Shown piece by piece: positions 13,272-25,664 of a stretch of DNA of 64,000 nucleotides (within the stretch, counting starts at the first letter, position 1; each line of letters begins with the position of its first letter). The DNA comes from the human T2T-CHM13v2.0 reference genome, Homo sapiens. Position numbers and translations under genes: made by a program. Below the pieces are notes generated by a model. The model saw only the letters and a list, made by a program, of their open reading frames with translations, made no database searches and had not been told where the DNA came from. The stretch lies in NCBI RefSeq assembly GCF_009914755.1, contig NC_060925.1. One strand, written 5' to 3'.

Positions 13272-14019
13272 GGCTTTTTAGACCCAGCACTGACGAGATT
13301 CCCTAGGTCGATGGTGGTGGAATTAGGGGTCTCTGTCCTCAGACATTTGGATCTGGATATGTCAGCATGAAAGTCCTTAAGTTGCAGGCATTTTTTAAAA
13401 AATATTTTTTATTTCCAAGCTGAATACCATTAATTGGAATGTTACAGGCTTTTTAAGCTCCGTGTTCTGTCTGCATGGCTAATATGCCCGTAGAAACCTT
13501 TCAAAACAGCGTGGGTTGAAGACTAATTTTGTAACACAAAACTCACTTACTTAGATATCACATTTTGCTGGACGTGATTGGACCTGAAAGAAAATATTTT
13601 TAATGCTCACGATAATAACCTTTTTATGAGTCAGCACTAAACGTGTGCACATGCATACATAAGTTGTCTACATCAGCAAAAAAAGCTTATCGTCGTACTT
13701 CTCTGACCAAAATCAACGGAACCCCCGAAATCACAGAGAGCATCCATTTTGGATTCCCCGAAGACCCTTCGTTCCTGCATCCTCTTCTGCTCTCCCTTTC
13801 TCAGCCTCTTCTGCTGGAAGCTGAGTCCTGCTCCAGATCTAGGCAAGTGCTAGCGCGGAAAAAAGACCTGCCTCGCTCAGGGCTGTGAGCCGCGCCCTGA
13901 AGCACGGAAAGCTAATTGTGTCACTGGTTTCAAATCAACTTCAAATTTTTTGGAGACGTAAGAGTGCTGAGCATTTTTTCTTCAGTGAAGTGACTTGGCA
14001 GCCCAGGTCGCCAACGCCC

Positions 14020-14093
14020 GTTTCTGTAGCGCGATCGGTTAGCGCCTTCGGCTGTTAAACGAAAGGTGGGTGGTTCGTTCCCACCCCGGGACA
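14020..14093 (+). tRNA. Degenerate tRNA-Asn(GTT), likely pseudogene
   Basis: GTTTCTGTAGCGCGATCGGTTAGCGCCTTCGGCT-GTT-AAACGAAAGGTGGGTGGTTCGTTCCCACCCCGGGACA. Invariant A14 and A58 are lost. T5 terminator at 14103-14107. Confidence 0.85.
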
Positions 14094-15555
14094 GAAGTCC
14101 CATTTTTGTGAACCTTGAGTTTTTGAAACTTTCACTGAAAAAAACCGCGTGCGATGCTATCCGCCGGGAGCGCTGGAGCCTTGGCTCTCAAAACCAGCCG
14201 CGGTGCTAACCGCCGGGATCCCTGGCAGCTGACCTCCGCGTTGTGTGGTTCCCAATGTCCTCTTCTGCCTTAGTGCTGTACGGGTAATTTTGAGGTATTT
14301 GGTTTTTCCGACTAGGGTTGTAGTGATAACTCTTAGCTGCTTAACCACTGCAATTACGTTATGGAAACTGACACTTTAAGAAAATTTACTGACCAAAGGA
14401 AGTAAGTACTAATAATACCAAAACAAATTGTTTGTCTTTCCACCAAACCTGTACCTGCCTTGCCTTTCTATTTCCTAACTCAGAAAACGGGCACTATGTG
14501 TGGAACCTGGTCCTTAGTCATGCCATGTACTGCCGGCTGCCAATTCTTGGAGAGTCGGCCTCCTAAATACCTTGTTGATTAAGCACCTTCCTCTCCAGCC
14601 TCACCGCCAGTTACTTCCTCATTGCTCCCTTTGGGTTATTGCATCCTGCCTTGCATGCCCTATCTGGTTTCCGGTCTTCAGCTCTCCTGTCCCGTCCATC
14701 CATCAAGTAGTTGCCAGAGAATCCTTCTAAAATACTATACGGTATAAACCTGGTCTGCTTAAACTCTCTCAATGTATTGCTGGGTCTGATACGATCTTCT
14801 TAGTTTGGAAGGTAATGCCCTTCATGATCTGGCCCTGAAACTCTTTCCTCTCCCTCACCGACACAGAACCAAACTGCTTTCTTGAACTCACACTCTGGCT
14901 TTTGAATCTTTGCCTATGAACCTTGGGCTTTTCTTCTCTTCTTTGCCTGGCAAACTCCTACTCATCCTTCATGACCACACCCCCCAAATCAAGCCTCTTT
15001 TCTGCAGCCCTTTCTTCATTCTCTTCCTATTTAACTGTTTTTCTCACTAGAAATAAAGCTTCTCCAGGGAATGACCCTGTGTTGTTCATCTGGTATCTTC
15101 AGCACCTGAACTCAAGCTTGCACATTGTAGGTAGTAAATAAATGTGAGTTGAATGTCCAAGGTTTCCAAATGCACCTGTGTCGTGTCGGAATCTTATGTA
15201 ATATTTATGTATGTAATCTAGCTTGAATCGTCTTGGTATATAGCTCATAATTCATACAATCAGGCTGACCCTCTACCTCTGCCCAGGCCTCTACCTCCTG
15301 TGTAGCTGTGCCTTCTCCTATCTGCCCCAATGCTCTAAAACGATCTCTAATGCTTATTCACCCTCCTATCCCATACTTCCCATAAGAATCCCCCTTAGCC
15401 CAATTGTCTCAGCAAGATTTGGAAAGCAAGCTGGCTAATTCATATGAGTTGTGGTGAGATGGTTGCTGGGAGGAGGGGGTGTTTCTTACCAATCCAAACC
15501 AATCTCTGTTACAGTGTTGGACAAAGGGAAGAAGAAAGAATTTTATCATTCATAT

Positions 15556-15622
15556 TTTATTACCATGGTTTTGCCATCTTCTATCTAAGAGTAGCATGCA
15601 AGATCTTGTAAAATGCTTTATT
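15556..15622 (-). terminator. FCGR3B: FCGR3B polyadenylation signals
   Basis: AATAAA on the minus strand at 15617-15622 and 15556-15561, about 1.3 kb after the stop codon. Confidence 0.7.
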
Positions 15623-16860
15623 GGAACCAAGAAATGTTGCACTGAAAGCTTACAAAACAGAGACAGCTAAAGCTTTCTTTCATAAGCAACAATTGTCTTC
15701 TCCATCCCCACCTCATTGGAACTGACATGAAGAAGGATTTGAAAGTTTCACAGCGTAACTCAGTGAAGCTCAGTAGTACATTTAGTATTGGTTATACAAC
15801 ATTTGTTTAATAAATGCAATGAACAAAGCTATACAGGAACTAGACATTGAAGCAGAAAAGGTGGTTTTACAGTCCCTGCATTAACCTCTAATTCTTACTA
15901 CCCTGGCCAAGAAAGCATTTTCACCTCCTGCGCTTTCCTTCCTGTGTGCTTGTGGTTGGTTCTTTCTTCTCAGGCTTTCTCATTCTGATGCTGAGATAGT
16001 TCTGTTCACTTAGCTTAACTTGGGACAGTGACACAGGGTTTGTTCTGTACTTTCTTTTCCACCCCACCCCCACCCCAATCCTCAGTCCCCTTCCTAGGAC
16101 CATTTGCTACTCCTAGCATTAGAGGGCTCATCGTTATATACTTGGAAATGGTCCAGTTCTGATAGAGTCCCCTGGAAGACTCAATTCTACGTCACCCTCA
16201 TGATTTCCTGTTAATTCCACTACGGCTAATGTTCTAGGAAGACACCCTTATCTCTGGGCTCAGATGGGAACACCTCCCTTAGACTATCCTGGACTACCCT
16301 GCTATTTCTCAGCCATGCTTTCATTGGTCCCACTGAATTCTCTAGATCCCCAGCAGTTCCCACACTCTGTAGGGTCCTGCCTCAACCATTAATTCTACTT
16401 ATCCATTTGTTTAGGAATAATTATTTTCTTTTTTTCCCCTCTAAACTGGGTAATTTATAATACGAGCAATTTTTGTATGTTTAAAGGATTACCATCCCTA
16501 GCCTGTATTGTTGTTTTACTGTGAGGGAATGGTTGGGACAGAAAAAGTGTTTGTGTAGCTCTGAAACTTCAATTTCTAGGAATGCAGCTACTCACTGGGG
16601 CTTCCCTGCTTGAAGATCATGGGCTTTTCCCTTCCACTGGAGACCAAGGAAAAATTGAGAGTTGGATAAAGGATCTGGCTCTGAGTTCTATGTTTCCTGC
16701 TGCTTGTAGAGAGGCCTGAGGATGATGGGGTTGCAAATCCAGAGAAATGTTCAGAGATGCTGCTGCCACTGCTCTTATTACTCCCATGGGATGGGGGTCA
16801 TTTGTCTTGAGGGTCCTTTCTCCATTTAAGTTTATGGTCCTTCCAGTCTCTTGTTGAGCT

Positions 16861-16985
16861 TCAAATGTTTGTCTTCACAGAGAAATATAGTCCTGTGTCC
16901 ACTGCAAAAAGGAGTACCATCACCAAGCAGAAAGAGACTTGGTACCCAGGTGGAGAGAATGATGAGATGGTTGACACTGCCAAAC
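16861..16985 (-). CDS. FCGR3B: FCGR3B last coding exon (GPI signal), 125 nt
   Basis: aatag|GT TTG GCA... gives GLAVSTISSFSPPGYQVSFCLVMVLLFAVDTGLYFSVKTNI*. Ser203 (16954-16956) and TGA at codon 234 are diagnostic for FCGR3B versus FCGR3A. Confidence 0.98.
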
Positions 16986-18488
16986 CTATTAGGAGAAGTG
17001 GAGAGATGAAAAAAAATGACAGTCACTAAGGCAGATATTTGGAACAAACAGTGAGGTCACCAGTAGAGAGTCTTTGACAACGGCCAACAGGCAAGTGGTA
17101 GGAATGGTGGGGAGGTGTGGGGGAAAGTATTGCTTCCTCCCATTGGTTCCTGATCTTAGTGCTATCTGAGCAGAGGACAGCTCACCAAACACTTAGCAAA
17201 GGCTCCTGCTTGTTTGACAGAGATGTGACAGGGAGCGTTAACAAGTTAGGTTGTAAGCTGGGTTTTGTGTGACAGTTAAGAAATTGTCAGACAATGCTAT
17301 GGTCTAGAAACTGGGACAAATTTGTTGATTTTGCATTTCAATTTTTTAAACTCTTGATTTTGATATATTTCCAAACTTAAAAAAATGACCAGAATAGTAT
17401 AAAGAAATCTCGTATATCCTTTACCCAGATCCACTCATTGTTTACATGTTACCCCATTTGCTTTATTTGCTCTCTTTCCCTAACCACTTGGGAGTATTTA
17501 CTTTCAGTTTAAAGTGTCATGAAATTATTTTTGTACAAATTATGGCATTGTAGTGTCAAAATCTCAAAAGGTGTTTTGCTGCCTTTCTACATGCAAATTG
17601 TTTACAATTTATGTCTTGGGCTAGTTACAGATAGTAGTTCTGTGAAACTGGAAAGTCCAGGCACACCACTCTAGAGCTCTGATTCTGGAGGCTGGTGCTA
17701 TGGAACCTAGAGATGTTTTGTGGATGACTTAATGGGATCATAGGATATTAGTGCTTGTTCAAATCTTTTACTTACTGGTTAAATATACAGGCTTTGAAGT
17801 CTTTGATGTGACCTTAGGGAAACTTATTTATTTATTTTTGCACCTCGGTTACTTCATCTGTAAAATGGAATATTACCTATCTCATGTTGTGAAGGTCTAC
17901 TGTGGTAGTCAAACCAGGTGCATGTAAAGAATTGTTTAGCACAGAGTCTAGCACACTGAAAGGTGCCCAATAAATGTCAGCTTATTTTTGTTACGGAAGA
18001 AGAAATTGGGGTTCAGAGAGACTAAGTGGCTCACCTCTGGTCAGATGGTTAATTAGCTGCAGGGCCAGAACCCAGGTTCTGGGCTCTTTCTGTGAGGGGA
18101 TGAGGGGCTCCTGCCAGTTTGGATCGTGGCTAAAAGGCTTGGATAAGAAGGAGGCCAGCACGATAGGAACATATGACACCGTGGGTGTGATTAGGGTAAG
18201 GAAAGACAGAGGTATTTATTGGGGAGGAGATGTGGCTTCTGCTCCTGCCATCATGCTGCAGAGTGAATGACACCTCCTAGCTAACCCAAAAGAATGGACT
18301 GAAACAGAGCTGCAAACCTACCCTGCAATCAGGGACTTTTGGGGACCTCCTGGTGATCACCAGGAGGGAACCACATATGAAGAAGTGCGTGTAAGAATCA
18401 GGAATCTCCTCCCAACTCAACTTCCCAGTGTGAGTGCAGGTTCCACACACAGGCGTCCCTGGGCATTCCAGGGTGGCACATGTCTCAC

Positions 18489-18746
18489 CTTGAGTGATGG
18501 TGATGTTCACAGTCTCTGAAGACACATTTTTACTCCCAACAAGCCCCCTGCAGAAGTAGGAGCCGCTATCTTTGAGTGTGGCTTTTGGAATGTGGAAGTC
18601 AGAATTATGATGAAAATACTTCCTGTCTTTGCCATTCTGTAAATATGTGACCTTATGCAGAGCAGTGTTCTTCCAGCTGTGACACCTCAGGTGAATAGGG
18701 TCTTCCTCCTTGAACACCCACCGAGGGGCCTGGAGCAACAGCCAGC
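18489..18746 (-). CDS. FCGR3B: FCGR3B EC2 exon (second Ig domain), 258 nt
   Basis: AG/GT bounded; [21 protein letters not shown]...[26 protein letters not shown]147 and H158 are FCGR3B-type. Confidence 0.98.
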
Positions 18747-20335
18747 CTGAAAGACACAGAGACACCCCAGGCCCGGGAGGCCTCAGCTCTCAGTGCAGAG
18801 CTTTGTGAAGGGGCCACGTACCACCCAGATCCTGAGACATAAGGGAAAGCCAGATTGGGAGTCAACCCTGCATAGCTCCCTTTGGGGAAGAGCTGATGGG
18901 GCCCTGCAAGAGAACTGAAGTCATACCAAGACCTTTGTCTAATGGGGAAGAGGGACACACACACATGTGATCAACACACAGGGTTAGAGCAGAGGGACTA
19001 AGCAATGAGGTAAGTGAGAAGCAACGATGAGCATATCTGCAGGATCCTTAAGTGCTAGACTTAGATTTGCTGTGGCAGGTGACAAGGATTCACAGTAAGT
19101 TCTAGATCAGAGTAAAAATTGCATTTGAAAATGATGAGTTGCTCTATTAGAGGAAAAGGTAGATTTCAGAAGGAATAGGCAATCAAAGGAATATTGAAAG
19201 ACTCTTGTGGCCTTCAGGAATAAGCTGACGGTCGCCACAGAGTGGCTGCAGAAATTGAGAAGGAGAACTAACTCAATGTAAACATCAGGGTGGCGAAGGG
19301 CGGGACTGGTAGTGCTCAGAGTGGCAATTCGTGGTTTCTAAGGTGTCACAGGGCCTCGGTGAGACCAACTTTATTACTGAGCATGGCCTTCAAGAGAGGA
19401 AATTCTTATATCGCCAGAGCTTATTCTCACAATCATGTCACCAAGTAATCAGACTTCACAAAGAGAGAACATGAGGTCATGGTCGGGAAATGGCCTGAAT
19501 AATTAAAAAAATAATGATGTTATAGGTAAGTATTATAATGGCATAAGAAAATATTCATGAGACAATGTTAAGTTAAAAAAGCATAATACTTCAAATATTT
19601 TAAAAAGTATTATGCACAGAAAAAAGAAGGATATGCACTTACATATTAACAGGGGTTTTCTCTGAAGGAGTGGGACCAAAGGACATTTTAAATTTCTCCT
19701 GTTTACTTTTATATATTTTTGAAATTGACCCGAAACGTAATAAGAGCAAAACTAAATTTACTGTAATTTTATTTTTTAAATCTACATTCTCAGGTTGAAT
19801 TACTATAATTTTAAAAATCTACTACCTGATGCTAAACAAAATTGGTAGGACGTGTGTTGGTCATGATTCTCTAACACAAAGATTTGCCAAACAGAAAGTA
19901 ATCTTCATTACCTATTAAGAGATATCATTTATCAAAAGAAGCCATGTGCCTATCTATCCACTTACTTTTTCAGCAAAGAGATGAATCATTATTAGCATAA
20001 AGTCATGGTTAGTATATAGTCTGGTGGCCTTTGGAGGAACATTCTTGTTCGAATCTGTCCTGTCATGGACTCAGTGAATGCCCATGTGTATATTCCTTCA
20101 AGTGATATTTCATCAAGCACTCACTATGTATGACACACTGTGGACTGGAGATACCCAGATGATGGGACATATAGTTCTCAGCCTCAAAGAATCTACAGCC
20201 TAGACATAGAAACATAAATATTCAGAAATAATCACAATACAATATGACGAGTGCTACAACAGGCTAAGAATAAAGGACTGCGGGGCCGACTAGATTGGAA
20301 TAAAGAAATTCTGCCTGAAAGAAGTAAAAAATGCA

Positions 20336-20666
<331 letters not shown>

Positions 20667-21489
20667 TCAGAGGAGGACATAAGTCAAATGGGTCCTAAAG
20701 GAATAAAGGATGCTCAGAAGTTTACCTGGTGAAGCTAATTCTCATGGTCACAGTTTAATATAGCCTTGATTGGCTAGACTTCTAAAGCCAGTTTCTAGAG
20801 CCAAGTTCAAGGCAAACTAGTAACTCCTAGAGTTGATTTTTCTATTGCTTTCTCTTGGTAATTCCCCCATTTTATTTGGTTGTAGGTGGACATCTCTTAC
20901 CTAGCTAGAAATGGACATACCTTCTTGTAGCTCTGGAGAGTGAAGACCATGTCAGTTGAGTGGTACTGTCAGAGGCCAAAGAGCCACAAAAATCAGTTTC
21001 AGAGGCCCAATTCCATGGAGCTCTCTTGCAGATCCACCTCCTTATGCCCTTCTTCCCCCAAAGCTTGTTCCACCCATAAACATTGTATGAATGGAACAGC
21101 CGTGGAAGTAGAATTAGGTTTGCAGGGCGACACTGCAGGGACCAGGCTATGTGGTAAGATTGTAGGGACACCAGGAAAGACCCCTGCCTTCAAAATATTT
21201 CTCCTACCTGTGTCTGATGTCTATATTCTGTTAATAGTACACAAGGACTTTCATGTCATGATTAATGTGCAGGCTGAACATGTATCTGCCTCTATTGGAA
21301 GAGCTATCACATTACCAAATTTATGCTTAATTATAGGTTTGAGTATAGCATTGATGAGGAGACAGAAAGATATGATTCTAGGCCACTAGGATTGCTTTGG
21401 GAGGTGGCTTAGGGCATTACATGTCTGAGAGCGAGAAGGAGATTGAGGTCCTAACACCAAATTCATTAATTTATTCAATAAAAATTATT

Positions 21490-21812
21490 GGCCAGGTGTG
21501 GTGGCTCACGCCTGTAGTCCCAGCACTTTGGGAAGCCAAGGCCGGCGAATCACCTGAGGTCAGGAGTTTGAGACCAGACTGACCAACATGGTGAAACCCT
21601 GTCTCTACTAAAAATACAAAAATTAGCTGGGCGTGGTGGCGGGTGCCTGTAATCTCAGCTACTCGGGAGGCTGAGGCAGGAGAATCACTACAACCCAAGG
21701 GGGCAGAAGTTGCAGTGAGCTGAGATTGCCGCATTGCACTCCAGCCTGGGTGAGAGAGTGATACTCTGTCTCAAAAAATAAAATTAAAAAAAATGAAAAT
21801 AAATAAATAAAT
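21490..21812 (+). mobile_element. Alu in an FCGR3B intron
   Basis: Alu dimer with A-rich tail. Confidence 0.9.
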
Positions 21813-22122
21813 AACTATTATTGAGCATCTATGCCATGGCCTAACCTTCACATGACACATTCACATTGTATGCACTCCATATGGGGATTCTTGGAATTGT
21901 GCAATGCAGCAGTCCTATATCTACTGTCTGACAGGCTTTGACATTTTGCCCAAGACCTACTTAGAGCTAGGACTACAACTCTGATACCATTCAGTGGGAC
22001 CACACATCATCTCATCTTAGCTTTTATCTCTAAGAATATCATCTCTGGCTCTTACCAAGTATTTCAGGACCCTTTGTTTCACCCTTTATTGGTGATTTTC
22101 CTCTTCCCCTTCATCAACTCAC

Positions 22123-22380
22123 CGATATGGACTTCTAGCTGCACCGGGTCACTGAGGGTGGAGAGGTTTGTCTGGCACCTGTACTCTCCACTGTCGTTGA
22201 CTGTGGCAGCGTCAATGAAGTAGCTCGAGGCCTGGCTTGAGATGAGGCTCTCATTGTGAAACCACTGTGTGGAATTGTCCTCAGGGGAGTAGGCTCCCTG
22301 GCACTTCAGAGTCACACTGTCCTTCTCAAGCACGCTGTACCATTGAGGCTCCAGGAACACCACAGCCTTTGGGAGATCTT
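22123..22380 (-). CDS. FCGR3B: FCGR3B EC1 exon (first Ig domain), 258 nt
   Basis: AG/GT bounded; [27 protein letters not shown]...[24 protein letters not shown]. Confidence 0.98.
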
Positions 22381-22712
22381 CTGAGGAGCCAAGATAATGT
22401 GGGGTGAGGACAGGGAGAGGAGCAGGCTCTACACTGCCATTCCCAGGGAGCCTCAAAGCCAGAATGAGCTCATTGCAAACCCATGCTTGGTGGCTCAGTC
22501 TTAGAGCATCTTGGCCCCATTTTTGGCCTGTTCAGTATCTTAAGGAAAGCTGGCCAGAGAAGCACAGGGCCAAGTTCTGCTGTGTTGGAGGAACTATCCC
22601 TGCTAACCCCACATCAGCATTTTCCCATTCAACAAGCATTTCCCAATATCTTATGGCCATTGTCCCCATATGTGCCCCACTGGGTCAATCCAAGACCATG
22701 AAGCTGACTCAC

Positions 22713-22733
22713 CAGTCCGCATGCCAGCTGAAA
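22713..22733 (-). CDS. FCGR3B: FCGR3B S2 signal-peptide micro-exon, 21 nt
   Basis: cttgcag|TTTCAGCTGGCATGCGGACTG|gtgagt encodes VSAGMRT. Confidence 0.97.
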
Positions 22734-23398
22734 CTGCAAGAAAAAAGAGTAAATCAAATATTGAGTAGGGGCAGAGATCAGAGTGATTAGAACATAGAGT
22801 GAGTTTAAAACTCCCCTGCCCTCCTCTGCCCCAGGAGCCCAATTTCCCAAGAATCAGGATGTTTCTGGTGGAAACCTTGCTACCTGCTCTCTGGTCTCTA
22901 CTGTTCATGCCTCTTGCGCCACTGTCAACACAAATCCCTATTTTCAACACTGCTCCCTTACCCCTTGCTCCCTGTGCAAACTCACAAATTAAGGGTACAG
23001 GTTGAATTTCCCTAAACCAAGCCACAGAAACAGCCTCAACCCATATCCCCACAAGAAAGGGTAGAAATTAAAAACCATAGAGGAGAACCCTGGAATGTCA
23101 AACTGAAAGAGACAGACCCTAGGGACCATCTAGTCGAAGCTCTTCAGTTCCACATAGTGATTCTGGGACCCAGAGGGGTGAAGTGACTGGCCTCACTCAT
23201 GACTATGACCCAATTGGAACCAGCATTCTCCTCATTTCTAGCCCCATCTTGGCTTGTCCTGGTAGCTCAATCCACAGCTATAGATGTGGTGAGGGGTCCC
23301 ATCCCTTTGTGGGAGTCTCATTCGTAGCCTGAAAAGGGGTCTCTGATGAACCCAAGGCATCTCAAACTTCTCCCTCAACCAGGGATATCCTGACTTAC

Positions 23399-23438
23399 CT
23401 AGAAGTAGCAGAGCAGTTGGGAGGAGCAGCTGCCACAT
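23399..23438 (-). CDS. FCGR3B: FCGR3B S1 exon, coding part (40 nt)
   Basis: ATG at 23438, MWQLLLPTALLLL, donor G|gtaagt. Exons sum to 40+21+258+258+125 = 702 nt, i.e. 233 aa plus stop. Confidence 0.98.
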
Positions 23439-24229
23439 GATGCCACACTGGAGTGGACAAGTCACCAAAGATATCCGGAGCCCTAAAGGGACCAAGCCGA
23501 CTAGACAGGAGGGAGTAAACAGCCTTTCCCCAGTCCCTCCACCCATCTCTGTCACCTGCCAGTTTCCTTTTCTTGAAACTTCATCTGATTTCTCAATCTG
23601 AAGTCTCGCAATGGAGCCCCACCATAGAACAGGAATAGGAAGGAAAGAGCCTGGAGGCAAGGTGGGTGGGTGTGCCCCCTTTACTCCCCCAAAGGTCTGC
23701 GGCTGAGCATCTGAGGACACACACAGAATCTGCCAGAGTGTGCCCTCAGCTTTCCCAGGATGCTTGCCCCCATCTCCTGGATTTAGATCCACCCAGCACC
23801 AAGAATGGGACAGCAAGACCCTGGGGATGAGATTCAAGGTGGGAGGAGCATTCTCTGAGGGCTTCCTGCATTTCACCTCAGAACTTCTCACTCTCCTGCC
23901 TCGTCCAGACCCATCTATCTCCAGCCGAGGCCCTGCCTGCACACAGAAAGTTGTCCTTTCAAATCTTTGACCACTAGCAGTGTCTCTGCCTCAATATTAT
24001 CTCCACGCAGAATTTCTTTCAAAATTCAAAATTCAAAATCTATATGCTCCTGGGATATGTAATCCACAGGAGCTGACTTTTTAGTGTGATTTCATCATTA
24101 GATTTCCAGGTTAGAAGAAACCCAGGTAGGGTAGAGAAATGGGCCCTGGAAGAACAAGTCACCAGTGAAAGGCTGAAAAGATCACAGAAAAGGTGGGGGT
24201 GGGGAGGGGTGAGGACAGGAACTCTTTAC

Positions 24230-24304
24230 CTTCCTCGTGTTACCCAGGTCCTGCGGATTTAGCTCAGGCCCCTCCGGGCCACTGGATCTGGGCTGGTCTG
24301 TCAG
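24230..24304 (-). other. FCGR3B: Probable upstream non-coding exon of FCGR3B
   Basis: Donor GAAG|gtaaag at 24230/24229 and a compatible acceptor ccctttag|GGCTCC at 23483/23482, just upstream of the ATG. The 5' boundary is approximate. Confidence 0.5.
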
Positions 24305-25360
24305 CCTAGGAGCCAGGGCTCCAGGGCTCCAGGGCTCCTTACCAGAAAAGGTGGAGGGGGGTGGCCAGGAAGTGGGAGGGTTGTTAACCTCTTCTCTTCT
24401 CTCCAGATTCTCCCCCGTAACCCCATGTTGGTTACTCTCACAATGGTCCAGGTCCCAGGCAGAAAATCAGATGACTCTGCTTGATAGTGCCACTCCCCCA
24501 GTGGATTCGTGGACATCTGGGACAGGTCTCACTTGGCTTAGAAAAGCCCAGGAGGCGAGCAGCAGGCCCGTGTGGGCACCTGATACTTGTTAGGGGTGGA
24601 GTGGAGGCAGGGGCTGACACAGGTGCCCGCCAACCTTTGCTATAAATGAATGCTCTTTCTACTCCAGAATGACCTAAAAACCACTACTCAGGTTTTGTTT
24701 TTTATTTGTGTGTTTCATTTGGCTCCTGGGTGGAGTTAATTGATCCTCCCATTGCCATCCACGTACCCACCCCTCCCCCTGCCACACACAGAGTCTTGCA
24801 GCAGCCCCTTCTCCACAGGCCCTTGGATTGGACAACGGAAATGAACCCAGGCTGCCATTCCAGTTCTCCTTCTCAAGTGACTCATCTACGCCTTGCAAAA
24901 TCCAGACAAGTATCTGGAAACTTGAAGTTCCTTGCTGTAGCACTTCAGATGCTCATCTGGGAAACCTAAAGCAGAAACAAAGCCTTCAGGGCTAAGGATG
25001 GTCTCTGAGGCAAAAAGCGGATATCCCTCAATTCTTTCTTCTTTTCAGATATCCAGGTGGCTTTCTGCCACGTGACTTCTGATGCAAGGCCTTCACTTTG
25101 TTTTCCTTCTTTGAGGTCTTATTTTCTTATTTGACTCCTCTTTGGTCTGTGACTCTCCAATGGAGGGAGGAATTCTTAGCTGCCAAAAGGGTGGGCTAGA
25201 TAGGAAGAAGAGGAGAGAGCACAGGAGGAGAGAAAGGGACTGCAACAGGATGGGAAGCTTTCAGGGGGTTTTCATTAAGTGGTTGTTGAACAATTCTCGA
25301 ATTGAGTGTTGTTGGGTTTGTAAGGGTTAATTTTACAGTAATGGATAAAATGCAAAATTT

Positions 25361-25664
25361 TGGCCTATGGTGGCTTATTGTAATCCCAGCACTTTGGAAG
25401 GCCAATGTGAGGTGGAAGAATTGCTTGAGGCCAGGAATTTGAGACCAGCCTAGGCAACATAGAAAGACCCCATCTCTACTAATATAGTAATAATAATAAT
25501 AGCCAGATGTGGTGGTGCATGCCTGTAGTCCCAGCTACCCAGGAGGCTGAGGCAGGAGGATTGCTTGAGCCCCGGAGTTAGAGGCTACAGTGAGTTATGT
25601 TCATGGCACTGCACTCTAGCCTGGGCGACAGAGTGAGACCCTGACTCTTGGGGGGGAAAAAAAA
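25361..25664 (+). mobile_element. AluJ-like element
   Basis: Old Alu dimer with the ggattgcttgagccc diagnostic. Confidence 0.85.
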
